The notes under the pieces were generated by a model. The model did not search any database. It saw only the letters and a list, made by a program, of their open reading frames with translations, and was not told the DNA's origin. A stretch of DNA of 64,000 bases from Escherichia phage ManiMatter_Bas94. The stretch is taken from the sequence record PQ850617.1; one strand, 5' to 3'. Positions 50,022 to 59,500 of the stretch are shown here, piece by piece. The position numbers and the translations under genes are program-made. Every line of letters begins with the position of its first letter. Positions within the stretch are counted from its first letter, which is position 1.

Positions 50022-52052
50022 TTAACCTCTATTCAATGAACATTTAGGAGAATTACAATAAACTTGATTCATAGAACCAAGCGTACAACTTTCAGCATCG
50101 CGCCACGGAATCTGCTTAAAACACCCTGAGCAGTAGCCGAGGGTTGACCACATTGCTTTGGTGAAGTCAGTGCTTCGGTTTCCGTCGAAGCTGACAACAG
50201 TTTTGCGGAGAGCTGTTCGTGATTCAGGAAACACACCTGCTTTCTCAGCAGGTTCCTCCTTTTTTGGCTTAGTTGAGATTGCAAAAATACTGTTGCTACG
50301 TTTCTCAACATAAGCATCAACAACATCCTCCAGAGTAATGCCTGTCTGTTTCGCTGAGGAAGGTAATACAGTCATACGACCAATCATATCTTCAGTTACA
50401 CGTAAAGCAAATTCAGGACGACGGGCGTTTGTTGTATCTGTTGCTTTAATCCAGACATAACCATCTTTGATCGTAGCATTAGATACTTTCTTCTTTATAT
50501 CTACAGCGCAGACTTTACAGATATCTTCACCACGAAGACGACTGAGTTCATCATCAAACTCGTTCTCTGTTTTAACTTCACCACAGATTTCACAAACACC
50601 AATAGGAGTTTCCTCCTCTTCTTCATCTTTAGGCTTAGTCAAACCTTCCAGACATTCAGGGTGCCAGTAGCATTGATATGCGAAGACTGCTTTAGGTGCA
50701 TCCTTCCAATCAATGTGTTTATCACAACCGCCACAATCACCATGAGAATGTGCTTCCCAGAATTTACGAGTGATAGTAACGCCATTCTTGTTGACGAAAC
50801 TATCATTCATATCAAAAGGGATATCATCATCAAAGTCAGCAGTAGTTGACTCAGGCTCCTTTTTCTCCAGAGATGGGTCAACAAAACGACCTGCTGTGAT
50901 CACTAAACGAACCATAGCATTAACTTCGGAGATACAGGATACTGTCCCACGGTAAACAATTTTAGGGTCTTTCAGGGCATCCTGATAAGCCTTAATGTCT
51001 ACGTTATGAACATCACCTTCGATATACTCTTGAGATTTCTCATCGTAGATATAACCAATCATCTTACCACGAGAAGGAACAGCACCAGCAGTTGCATAAG
51101 GGACAAACTCATGTGGTGTGATCTCCACAGTCATGTCGCGGCGAATGTCAATGTTTCGATCGCTTGCGATTTTGTTTTGACTTACCACTGCGTTTCTTCG
51201 ACGAACGTCTGCCGCTGTCACTCCCGGCTTCGTGTCGTAAGGATTGCTTGTACTGCTTTTTGAGGAACTTTGATAGTTGCTTTGGCTGTAGTTGTTCGAG
51301 TAGTAATTGCCCCAACGATTGATTACCGTAAAAACCGGAAGCTCGTGGGCGACCTCTTCAACTAGAGTCATGCTGTTGTTTGACACATCAAAGATGTATT
51401 CTGTACCAACTTTACATTCAAAGTGCTCATCAATGCGATTCTTGTGAGACCTAGAACGCTTCAGAATCCACATCAACATATCTTCTTCAGAAGCACCAAA
51501 CCAATCTCTGTTACAACGTGCAAGATGGAAAGGACGCTCTTCATTACGGATGATATGAAGACGATTATCAGAAGCATCATGCCAGATTAAGGTGAAAGCA
51601 CCATCCAGCTTTTGAATAGTCTCTGCTGCACCAATAGTGTTAATAGAGTGGCAGATGTTTTCACTGTCTACCTCGAAGTTTTTACTGTCAGGTAACAGGT
51701 CTTGGTTCATCAAGGTTCCGTTATGAACCAGAGTGATGTTACCGTGTTGGAAAGGATGGGCGTTCTTGGCGTTAACTGCACCTTTCGTTGCATGACGGCT
51801 GTGACCAACAATCCATGAAGGTGCTACAGTGTAAGCTGTTTCACCAGTGGTGTGCTTCTTGTACTCATCTTGAAGGATGAATGCGAAAGAAGGAAGTGCC
51901 TCTTTATAAGTGAAGACTTCTTTAGTGCTTTTACGCTGACCAAAGATACCAGAGGAGTGCTGTCCTCGGAATACTCCAGCATAAAAGAGTTGGTTAAATA
52001 TATCTAAATCAGTGCTTGACAGATTACCGCCAGCTAATACGATGCCACAAAT
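50022..52052 (-). CDS. Class II (Ntn) glutamine amidotransferase with C-terminal Cys-rich modules; apparent AUU start
   Basis: Conserved N-terminus CGIVLAGG...RGQHSSGIF...HSRHATKG...NAHPF...VHNGTL lies upstream of the first ATG (51713); frame opens at TAG-AAA-ATT-TGT with AGGTGG 8 nt upstream; C-terminus has two CxxC...W...C...C modules. Confidence 0.7.
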   Translation of the reverse strand: MCGIVLAGGNLSSTDLDIFNQLFYAGVFRGQHSSGIFGQRKSTKEVFTYKEALPSFAFILQDEYKKHTTGETAYTVAPSWIVGHSRHATKGAVNAKNAHPFQHGNITLVHNGTLMNQDLLPDSKNFEVDSENICHSINTIGAAETIQKLDGAFTLIWHDASDNRLHIIRNEERPFHLARCNRDWFGASEEDMLMWILKRSRSHKNRIDEHFECKVGTEYIFDVSNNSMTLVEEVAHELPVFTVINRWGNYYSNNYSQSNYQSSSKSSTSNPYDTKPGVTAADVRRRNAVVSQNKIASDRNIDIRRDMTVEITPHEFVPYATAGAVPSRGKMIGYIYDEKSQEYIEGDVHNVDIKAYQDALKDPKIVYRGTVSCISEVNAMVRLVITAGRFVDPSLEKKEPESTTADFDDDIPFDMNDSFVNKNGVTITRKFWEAHSHGDCGGCDKHIDWKDAPKAVFAYQCYWHPECLEGLTKPKDEEEEETPIGVCEICGEVKTENEFDDELSRLRGEDICKVCAVDIKKKVSNATIKDGYVWIKATDTTNARRPEFALRVTEDMIGRMTVLPSSAKQTGITLEDVVDAYVEKRSNSIFAISTKPKKEEPAEKAGVFPESRTALRKTVVSFDGNRSTDFTKAMWSTLGYCSGCFKQIPWRDAESCTLGSMNQVYCNSPKCSLNRG

Positions 52053-52131
52053 TTTCTAATCCACCTGAAGGGTAAACCCTTTCATCTAATTAACCTTTAA
52101 ATTGTGCCCCTTCGTCAGAGGCACCCATTGA

Positions 52132-53235
52132 TTACAGCGCTTGCTCTAACTGATTTTCCAGATGATCTGGAATATATTCTGTGATGTTGTTATCACTGTG
52201 TCCTGACTCACGTAGCAAGTCAAAAATAGCACGGATACGCTGTTCTGATGCAGATCGTACAGTAGATAGGTCAGTTGTACGAAGCATAACCAGAATTTCT
52301 TGGTACAAGTTGTTAGCGTTCCCTCGAATATACCCAAGGAATCCATAGAAGTCTGGAATAAGACGTAAGTCAACAAGAACTTCTCCGTTGGAGTTGGTTC
52401 GACGTAAACGAATACGACCAGACTGCTCTACTTCATGAGAACGACAATACAAAACATCACGGGCCATACAATACCCTGAATGCAAATCCGATTCGTCCAG
52501 ATTGTAATCCAGAGGAAGATAAGGAAGCATTGGGGCAAATCGTACAGTATTTAAATGCTCAATAAACTGGTCATTGCTCATCTCTGCGTTATCTAAAGCC
52601 AGCTTCTTCAACATTAAGAAGCGGTTAACCAGATTGAGAAGTTGACCACGTTTCCACTTAGGCTCGCTGATACGAAACTCAATTGAGCCGTATTGGGCAA
52701 GTGGCAGAAGGTTCAGAGATGTATACTTATCCCATGAACGAACCAGACGGTTGAAGAACTCTTCACCGTCGTAGTTAAATGCGTCAGAGGCGTTCATTAC
52801 CTGTGCTTGTACCACTGCGAAAGCAGGGCAGAAGTTGCTACGGTAACGATGATAGCCTGAACACTTGAACAACATTTTTTCATAGAAGGTCCAAGCGAGG
52901 ATGGTTTTCTTGAGGATATTACTATCAGCATCCCTCATATCCATATGAACGTGAGTAGAGCAACGCCAAGTCCCCTCGGCGTGCGATTCAGCTACTGCTT
53001 CACTCAGGTTGTTGATAGCGTCTAACAACTCCTGTCCATTGTAAGGTCGTGAACATACCATTTCACAACCATTACGCAGGGAACCATCCTCTGTACAATC
53101 CCACATATCTGCTTCAATATGGTCGGAACCTTCGAGTTCTAGTTCGATACCGATACCGCACTGAAGTGCAATTGAACTATGCGCCTCAGTTAAACGACCT
53201 TCTCGGTATCCAAAAGTTTGCGCTACAGTTGTCAT
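52132..53235 (-). CDS. Amidoligase (glutamine synthetase/GCS-like COOH-NH2 ligase family)
   Basis: 367 aa; GIGIELELEG...DGSLRNGCEM pattern recalled for Amidoligase_2-type proteins. Confidence 0.55.
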   Translation of the reverse strand: MTTVAQTFGYREGRLTEAHSSIALQCGIGIELELEGSDHIEADMWDCTEDGSLRNGCEMVCSRPYNGQELLDAINNLSEAVAESHAEGTWRCSTHVHMDMRDADSNILKKTILAWTFYEKMLFKCSGYHRYRSNFCPAFAVVQAQVMNASDAFNYDGEEFFNRLVRSWDKYTSLNLLPLAQYGSIEFRISEPKWKRGQLLNLVNRFLMLKKLALDNAEMSNDQFIEHLNTVRFAPMLPYLPLDYNLDESDLHSGYCMARDVLYCRSHEVEQSGRIRLRRTNSNGEVLVDLRLIPDFYGFLGYIRGNANNLYQEILVMLRTTDLSTVRSASEQRIRAIFDLLRESGHSDNNITEYIPDHLENQLEQAL

Positions 53236-53849
53236 AACGAATCCACCAACGTAATATTATAATTGCTAAGATTTTCAGAGATGTGATGAAAATGTTCCAG
53301 AAGTCGCATCGGTTGCTGACCATAAGAGTCACGAGATGCTTCCAGATCTACTTGCCCTACCAGTGCACCTTTATAATGCACTTTACCATCTGTAGGGTTG
53401 ATGTAAATGTAACGAGTGACCAATCCATCAAACTCTGGATTGAACAAACTGTAAACCATCTCCCCAGAGATAGAACGACCAATCCCAGGAGCATTTCGAA
53501 TCTTATTACCCATTAAACCCTTTGCTCTCTGACGAACAGGGTTAATGTGAGTCCAGCTCACAGTGTTACCGTTATGGAACAGATAACCAACATCAGGTGA
53601 TTCAAGAATCAAGGTTGGGTCGAACACTGGAATATTCATCACAGTGTTTCGAAGATTCCCATGCTCGTTCTTGTACCACTGCTCTACAACAAAATACAGA
53701 GCCTGCTCTGCTTCGTGAGAGAAGTCATCGCTGCGGAAGTTACCGCTCTGCTCAACACCAATCACAAAACATGGAAGGTTGATATTACCTGCTCGTTTAG
53801 CAATCCATGTACCGTTATAGTAATGAGAAAAATCAGATACTAAGCTCAC
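53232..53849 (-). CDS. Hypothetical protein (cluster member)
   Basis: 205-aa ORF translationally coupled within ligase cluster. Confidence 0.4.
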   Translation of the reverse strand: MSLVSDFSHYYNGTWIAKRAGNINLPCFVIGVEQSGNFRSDDFSHEAEQALYFVVEQWYKNEHGNLRNTVMNIPVFDPTLILESPDVGYLFHNGNTVSWTHINPVRQRAKGLMGNKIRNAPGIGRSISGEMVYSLFNPEFDGLVTRYIYINPTDGKVHYKGALVGQVDLEASRDSYGQQPMRLLEHFHHISENLSNYNITLVDSL

Positions 53850-53858
53850 GATAACCTC

Positions 53859-54665
53859 TTATGCTACCTGAAGGCGTTTAATCTGCTGGTCCGCTTCTTT
53901 AACGTTATTACCGTTAATGATTTCATGAAGCTTCTCAATCGGAAGGCGAGAGTGCAATGCCATCAGAGTGGACATGTCACACTGCTGAACAACCTTGTCA
54001 ACCTGATCATAAACAAACTTACGGTTTTCACGATCGCTAATCCAGAAGTTAGACAGGGAACGATATTCAATACCATAGTCCTTGTAGCGGATTGCAGATG
54101 CTTTACCGTAGAGTTCTTTACGGCGAGTGTCTTTATCCATAATAACTGCTGGGAGGGATAGGAAGTAGTCACACAGCACACCCAGCATCATCTGAGTTTG
54201 CAGGGTGATATCCAAAGCACCAACTACGCCAAGATGTACGTGACCACCGGCAGTACGAAGCCCCTTATTTTGAGAAGTCGGGGATGGGTTCTTCTGACCA
54301 GTGAAAGCGTTGAAATCAGGAGTACATCCAAAGATGAACGCTGATTCATTGAAAGTCTTCATCTCTTCTTCAGTGAAGATGTGAGAGCTAACACCCGGAG
54401 CTGTTTCCATGTCCAGTTTGTTCAGGACATTATTGGTGAGATCGATACCACGTTGCATGTTGTCATTAAACGCTTCAAAACCACTCTGTGGGTCAATATC
54501 AAACTCAGCCAGTACGTTGTCCTCTTGAAGACGAACATCCTTAGCCAGAGCGATCTTATCGTCCTTAGAACAACCTAACAGACCAGCTACAGAGGTGATG
54601 ATTCCTTTGCTGGTACGAACGAACATTTCCGGATCCGATCCTATTAAGAATTTGCGCTTAGTCAT
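53859..54665 (-). CDS. Second COOH-NH2 ligase-like protein (putative)
   Basis: 268 aa; N-terminal FLIGSDPEMFV; assignment from memory of phage ligase families, unverified. Confidence 0.4.
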   Translation of the reverse strand: MTKRKFLIGSDPEMFVRTSKGIITSVAGLLGCSKDDKIALAKDVRLQEDNVLAEFDIDPQSGFEAFNDNMQRGIDLTNNVLNKLDMETAPGVSSHIFTEEEMKTFNESAFIFGCTPDFNAFTGQKNPSPTSQNKGLRTAGGHVHLGVVGALDITLQTQMMLGVLCDYFLSLPAVIMDKDTRRKELYGKASAIRYKDYGIEYRSLSNFWISDRENRKFVYDQVDKVVQQCDMSTLMALHSRLPIEKLHEIINGNNVKEADQQIKRLQVA

Positions 54666-55629
54666 TGTAATACTCCACTAGTTCAGAAAAGAGAGATGAG
54701 ATTGTGTTACCGATTTCTTCAGGATTAAGACCAGAATCTATTCCAGTACGCTGAATTATTCGTGCTGTAAAGTTTTGTACTGTAATGTTTTCCAACTTAT
54801 TGTCTATTGCTTCACGTTTGTGACCATAACAGTTGGACCAGAGTTTTAACCACTCTGACATTGTTTCATACTCATCCGGATCTTGATCTTTAGCACGAGC
54901 AAATCTTCGTAAGACATCTGTGTTGTGGTTACGAACATAACCATTCTCGTTGTCACCAACACCGAAGGGGTTTTGAACCCATACTTGCTTCGTGTATTCA
55001 TCAGAGTCAACAACCAAAGGAAGGAATGCTGCTGCTGACATATTGTTGTCAATAACAACAGACGTGCTTTCACTACTCCCATTGGAAGCTCCTCGTTGAG
55101 ACCACCTACCAAAGAAGTCACGACCCAACCCAGCTAACAATAGAGCGATGCCAATGCGTTTACGCTTCAGCCACTCTTCCCTGTCTTCAATTCCTTCTGC
55201 TAGGAAATCCATTCCACGATACTGCCCTTCCAAAATGCTACGGAAGAGCATAAGTCCTGTGAAGATTTGATCTGCTGGATGCTCACGGAGGTTGACAGCT
55301 ACGCTATTCGCTGAAGTGATTGTGAATACATCGCGATAGCAAGACATGGAGTTCATAATATCTGCTGTTTCAACCAAGTTCTTTTCAATATAAGATGCAT
55401 CATGACCGTGAAAAGAGTGAGTCCAGTAATTCAGCATCTCCAGTTGCAAGTTGATATCACGGTTGAAGCGTCTATAACGCCCCTCTTCCATGATAACTTC
55501 GCCATTAATATCGCTTACGCATTGGCCTTGCATGTAGTTGTGAATACCGAAGCACCCACGACCTAAGAACTTCTGTTCCCCTAAATCTTGTTGAAGATTC
55601 AGAGGTACGATCGTTGTGGAGATTGACAT
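54658..55629 (-). CDS. Hypothetical protein (cluster member)
   Basis: 323-aa ORF overlapping neighbours. Confidence 0.4.
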   Translation of the reverse strand: MSISTTIVPLNLQQDLGEQKFLGRGCFGIHNYMQGQCVSDINGEVIMEEGRYRRFNRDINLQLEMLNYWTHSFHGHDASYIEKNLVETADIMNSMSCYRDVFTITSANSVAVNLREHPADQIFTGLMLFRSILEGQYRGMDFLAEGIEDREEWLKRKRIGIALLLAGLGRDFFGRWSQRGASNGSSESTSVVIDNNMSAAAFLPLVVDSDEYTKQVWVQNPFGVGDNENGYVRNHNTDVLRRFARAKDQDPDEYETMSEWLKLWSNCYGHKREAIDNKLENITVQNFTARIIQRTGIDSGLNPEEIGNTISSLFSELVEYYND

Positions 55630-55639
55630 AACTAACCTT

Positions 55640-56836
55640 TTATTTTCCTAAAAATAATCCGCTCATAATACCATCCCACTCAGAGGATGGGATCACTGAA
55701 TACTCCGAACTTTGGTCCAGAGTTCCACTACTAAATCGCTGAACAATGTTATAGATGTTGAACAGGTCTTTAGCCTCAGTACGGATACCGTAGACTAATT
55801 TATCAGATGTTCTTTCATCTTTAGATACCCGACGAGCAAAATTAACCAGAAGGTTGTCACATTTAAGCGTTTCTGACCCACTCTCTACCAAATCAGGGTG
55901 CATCACAGGCAAGAACATCGAGTTATTGACTCGCAACTCTGCTGTTTCGTCATTCTCATAATGAATCCACTTAAAGTCTTCATCACGGAAGTGACCACAA
56001 CCATCTCTGTACGACTGCTGACGCCAAGGCACTTGAAATGCTTCAGCGTATTTATCAGCCATGCCGACTGTAAACAGCGACGCTGGGAAGATACAAGCAT
56101 CCCAATCATTACCAACCAGAGTTGCTTTAGTTTCCCCCAAGAGGTTAGTGTAAGTGCTAACCATTCGGGAGTAAATGTAAGCCTGAAGAATTGTCCAGCC
56201 TTCAATCAACCATTTATGAAGGAAGGTTTCAACTTGACTCTCTTCGTCTTCGCAATAGAAGGTTCGGTCTAGCATTAAATAGAACAGACAACGATCAGCA
56301 GGGATGTTCTCAGTTGCTACACCCATAAAACCTTTCTCGTGCCAGCGTAAACAGGAGGGACGATCTTTGTCCACAAATGCTTCCATAGCTTCCAGTACAG
56401 CACGAGGTGAGGTTTGGTATTCAGGGTTTTTACTATTCCAACGATCAATGTTGTTCTTAGGAGGTGTGTCTTCATCTTCATACGAACACCAACTTAAAGC
56501 TTCGGATACATGCTCTGCGTCATGCCAACGTCTAAAACCTAACATCTTCATGTGAGTTCCGGAGTTCCAGATATGCTTGATTTTACACATATCCATCTCT
56601 CGGCTTAACAGGAACTCTTCCCCATCAGCACTACGAACGTTAGCTTCTTCATGCCACACTCGAACGTGCATATTCCACCCATGAGTTGCCTCATACATAT
56701 TAGGGTCGAAGTATTCATATTCGTCGTCATCTTCATCAACGCCACCATTATAGTTGCGAAGCTGAAGGAATCCATAACAAGGAGGGTTAACCGTTAAAAC
56801 ATTACCTTCAGTATCTTCTAATGTTACTGGAAACAT
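55640..56836 (-). CDS. Hypothetical protein (cluster member)
   Basis: 398-aa ORF, acidic, Trp-rich. Confidence 0.4.
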   Translation of the reverse strand: MFPVTLEDTEGNVLTVNPPCYGFLQLRNYNGGVDEDDDEYEYFDPNMYEATHGWNMHVRVWHEEANVRSADGEEFLLSREMDMCKIKHIWNSGTHMKMLGFRRWHDAEHVSEALSWCSYEDEDTPPKNNIDRWNSKNPEYQTSPRAVLEAMEAFVDKDRPSCLRWHEKGFMGVATENIPADRCLFYLMLDRTFYCEDEESQVETFLHKWLIEGWTILQAYIYSRMVSTYTNLLGETKATLVGNDWDACIFPASLFTVGMADKYAEAFQVPWRQQSYRDGCGHFRDEDFKWIHYENDETAELRVNNSMFLPVMHPDLVESGSETLKCDNLLVNFARRVSKDERTSDKLVYGIRTEAKDLFNIYNIVQRFSSGTLDQSSEYSVIPSSEWDGIMSGLFLGK

Positions 56837-56847
56837 TATACCAACCT

Positions 56848-57210
56848 CTATTGGTTTTTAATCAACTCAATAGACTTACGGATATAAAGAATATCTCGGA
56901 AGTTTCTGTAGTTGTTCATAAATTGATGCTTCTGGAACTCAGCTTCTTCCAGAGCTTTCTTTGCGTCTGCGTAGTTTTTACGGGCAAGACATACAACCCG
57001 CTCTGGTAACATGTTTGCACGATGGATTAGATACTTGTGAGCTTTCATATTGCTTTGCTCACGAGCAATCTTACCTTTAGCAACTTTGATACCATTTGCA
57101 ATCCAAGCAAGTTCTTGCTCAAGCTCATCGTTGGACATTCCACCGAGGTTTGATGCAACCTTGTTCAGAGTTTCAATATTAACGTTGCCCTTAATGGGAC
57201 GTGTATTCAT
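56848..57210 (-). CDS. Hypothetical protein
   Basis: 120-aa ORF. Confidence 0.4.
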   Translation of the reverse strand: MNTRPIKGNVNIETLNKVASNLGGMSNDELEQELAWIANGIKVAKGKIAREQSNMKAHKYLIHRANMLPERVVCLARKNYADAKKALEEAEFQKHQFMNNYRNFRDILYIRKSIELIKNQ

Positions 57211-57212
57211 AC

Positions 57213-57365
57213 TTACTCCTGTTGTTTACACTCGTCAATAACCCACTGATAAGTGGATTGCCCAGAAAAGAAACACTGAATAAATCCAGATGTTCTCTGC
57301 GTTACCAGTGCTAGTGCACATATCACTACCGCTGCTGCTAGCAGTTTCATATCTAATTTAGACAT
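57213..57365 (-). CDS. Small secreted Cys-containing protein (50 aa)
   Basis: Manual translation MSKLDMKLLAAAVVICALALV... signal-like N-terminus. Confidence 0.3.
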   Translation of the reverse strand: MSKLDMKLLAAAVVICALALVTQRTSGFIQCFFSGQSTYQWVIDECKQQE

Positions 57366-57475
57366 ATTTCCTCTCTTTGAATTTAAAAAAGGACTCTCCG
57401 AAAAGAGCCAAACTTTAAATCCAAAAAAAGATATTACCCAATATCTGTGGATAACCTGCTCTTAAAATATCTATC

Positions 57476-57596
57476 CGACGGATGTTTGAGGAACACTCCT
57501 CGCCCTAGCATCGGCCCCATACGGGAAATAAATTAAGATTAGGTTAGTTGAGTCAGAATAACTCACATAGCCTTCTCCGGAAGAAGGCTATAGATG
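57476..57596 (-). repeat. Intergenic cassette, copy A (related to 60371-60485)
   Basis: Shares blocks cggatgtt(t/c)gag, c(g/t)ccctagc, gaggaacac, ctcacatagcc(t/c)tct + hairpin + ggctata with copy B; both immediately 3' of a - strand gene stop. Confidence 0.5.
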
Positions 57597-57830
57597 TTAC
57601 TCGCCTTTCTTAGCACGATCTTTGGCAGTTTTGCCAGTGCGGATGCGGTGTGAAACGTTAACCAGAGTGCCACCATCAACTACGGTAACGCTCTTGTTTT
57701 TAGCCAGATCAAACACAGCCTTCTCTGTGCCACCCAAGCGAATTTGCTTAGGTTCACTGAAGGTTTGGGTTGATTTAGATTGGAACTGGAACGGTTGACG
57801 GATTGCATCAATTGCACTTACTTTAGACAT
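57597..57830 (-). CDS. Hypothetical protein
   Basis: 77-aa ORF, AAGGA RBS. Confidence 0.4.
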   Translation of the reverse strand: MSKVSAIDAIRQPFQFQSKSTQTFSEPKQIRLGGTEKAVFDLAKNKSVTVVDGGTLVNVSHRIRTGKTAKDRAKKGE

Positions 57831-57848
57831 AGGGGAAATTCCTTAAAA

Positions 57849-57880
57849 AATCATGGCTGCGTAGAGGGAATTCCCTACGC
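57849..57880 (-). terminator. Stem-loop terminator
   Basis: GCGTAGGGAATTCCCTCTACGC palindrome followed on - strand by ...GATTTTTTAAGG. Confidence 0.45.
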
Positions 57881-57902
57881 AAATTAGGCCGCCTAAAAAG
57901 AG

Positions 57903-57920
57903 GCGTCATAGTACTAAAAG
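57903..57920. repeat. 18-bp motif GCGTCATAGTACTAAAAG (copy 1 of 2)
   Basis: Identical 18-mer at 63104-63121; both between a - strand stop codon and a terminator hairpin. Confidence 0.5.
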
Positions 57921-58056
57921 GAGGAGAGAAGAGGGCTTATTTAGCTACCTTTTTCTGTCCGTTTACGAACCAGATAATTGTTCCATCAGGTTGTCGTTGA
58001 CCAAAGCCTTTCTGGTTAATCATATCGTCATAAGAATATGCTTTACGTCTCATCTG

Positions 58057-58302
58057 TCACTCCTGAACAACTGACATACGAATCATTTCTACCGGAGTGT
58101 CACCTTTCATAACACCCAGCACACCAGTCAGAAGATTAACTGTAGTAATCCAGTCTTTTTCTACAGAGATTTTGCTGGATACATTGGCAACACGCATATG
58201 ATACTGAGGTGATGCTGTTCCTCTCTGAACTACGAAAGGGTTTCCGGGAATAATTGTAGCCAGCGAAACTGTGTTATCTTTAATCTTTGGGATGATTTTC
58301 AT
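58057..58302 (-). CDS. Hypothetical protein
   Basis: 81-aa ORF. Confidence 0.35.
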   Translation of the reverse strand: MKIIPKIKDNTVSLATIIPGNPFVVQRGTASPQYHMRVANVSSKISVEKDWITTVNLLTGVLGVMKGDTPVEMIRMSVVQE

Positions 58303-58310
58303 CTTGATTC

Positions 58311-58622
58311 CTATTTAAGTTTAAGGCTAACATTAAGGTGCATACACGCCCTGTTCTGTACAGCGGCATAACTTCTACCGAGCATGTCTGCCATTCTCTG
58401 AATAGGCATGAACCCAGCATTACGAATAACAAACTGATCTTCTTCTTCCGTCCACTTGACACGTAGAGAAGCCCTTGATATACCAAACTTGGTACAGGCT
58501 GTGTTAACAGCATTCTCTGTAACATTCATAATCTGAGCAACTTCTTGAACCGAATACTCTTTGATTAGTCTCCGAAGATTTTCAATCTGCATCGGAGTCC
58601 ATATAGTTCTTCGTGCTTTCAT
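58311..58622 (-). CDS. Hypothetical protein (possible DNA-binding, two W/E-rich helical repeats)
   Basis: 103 aa; repeats WTPMQIENLRRL... / WTEEEDQFVIRN... Confidence 0.35.
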   Translation of the reverse strand: MKARRTIWTPMQIENLRRLIKEYSVQEVAQIMNVTENAVNTACTKFGISRASLRVKWTEEEDQFVIRNAGFMPIQRMADMLGRSYAAVQNRACMHLNVSLKLK

Positions 58623-58917
58623 ATACCCTCCAATTAAACATTTATATAAGACTTGCTTAGATAAAGATTCAATAAAATAGGGGGAGGGGACGAATCCTCC
58701 CTTATCCTATTAATTAGTATTGCATGTAAGATCTAACAATCGGTTTCCTTTGTAGGAATAAGCGTTATGCTCATCCAGCACTAAACTCCCGCCCCCTTAG
58801 TGGGCTGGGTTATTAAAGGGTAACGCCCTTATGGGCTAGTTACGTGAATGTTAGTTTGATAGGAGATCTGAAGTCCTATCTCAAAGGACTCTCGTAAGAA
58901 TCCTTCACGATAAGCTC

Positions 58918-59205
58918 TTAATATACTAATCCGTGTAAGAGAAACACTCTATTAGTTAACTCTGCTTTAGCTCTGTAATAAGCCTTAGAACCTAACAGGC
59001 GGCTCTTAACAAAGAACTTGATGTCATTGCTTACGTCTTGTATTAAACGCTCCTGTACAGCTTCTGAGGAGCTATTAATTGAATCAATTAACACCTTTGT
59101 AGATGTGTAATTCACATCACCACTCCTTACCGGTTGTAGTTGTAGAGCCACCACACCACTGTGCATCAGATAAGGTTTTAGTCTCCTCATCCATTGCTGC
59201 ACCAT
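58918..59205 (-). CDS. Hypothetical protein
   Basis: 95-aa ORF; 5' end overlaps previous gene, true start uncertain. Confidence 0.3.
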   Translation of the reverse strand: MVQQWMRRLKPYLMHSGVVALQLQPVRSGDVNYTSTKVLIDSINSSSEAVQERLIQDVSNDIKFFVKSRLLGSKAYYRAKAELTNRVFLLHGLVY

Positions 59206-59398
59206 TCATGCATGAGATACCATTGTAACGCATATCAATTTCGCCAGAAGGAACCTTCTCACCTTTATGCCAGCGAGATACACAAATACCTTCCACTGCT
59301 ACTGCACACCATCCATCAGGACGGCTCTGTACGCAGCCTGTAAGGGCCACACAGACAATGAAGATACAGATTAAGGATATTACACCACTCCAACTCAT
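59117..59398 (-). CDS. Small Cys-rich lipoprotein
   Basis: Start set to ATG 59398 (GGAGGTG RBS); signal MSWSGVISLICIFIVCVALTGC with lipobox LTGC; mature part about 70 aa with 5 Cys. Confidence 0.5.
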   Translation of the reverse strand: MSWSGVISLICIFIVCVALTGCVQSRPDGWCAVAVEGICVSRWHKGEKVPSGEIDMRYNGISCMNGAAMDEETKTLSDAQWCGGSTTTTGKEW

Positions 59399-59421
59399 AA
59401 CACACCTCCAAGAGCTTCTAG

Positions 59422-59500
59422 TGAGGATGACAGGATTTGAACCTGCATACTCCAATTACTTCTTTAACGACCGCTTAGAAGGCGGGGAAGATACATCCTC
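59422..59500 (-). tRNA. tRNA-like element, possibly atypical tRNA-Arg(UCU)
   Basis: Perfect 7-bp acceptor stem GAGGATG/CATCCTC, canonical T-arm GCAGG-TTCAAAT-CCTGT, hairpin CCGC-CUUCUAA-GCGG with anticodon-loop-like UCU; no canonical D-arm found, 23-nt extra segment. Confidence 0.45.

Noticed and set aside
50022-51713. Amidotransferase starting at the first ATG (563-aa track ORF)
   Set aside because: That start would delete the conserved catalytic domain (CGIV...NAHPF...HNG), which is in frame upstream.
57568-57590. Perfect palindrome TAGCCTTCTCCGGAAGAAGGCTA as a simple rho-independent terminator
   Set aside because: No U-tract on either strand; treated as part of the repeated intergenic cassette.
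57903-57924. T3/T7-type single-subunit RNA polymerase promoter
   Set aside because: Only loose similarity; no such polymerase gene in the window, and the phage encodes a sigma factor. Kept as a repeat of unknown function.
59117-59455. Track ORF with TTG start extending through the tRNA-like element
   Set aside because: The extension overlaps the structured RNA; ATG 59398 with a GGAGGTG RBS gives a proper lipoprotein signal peptide.
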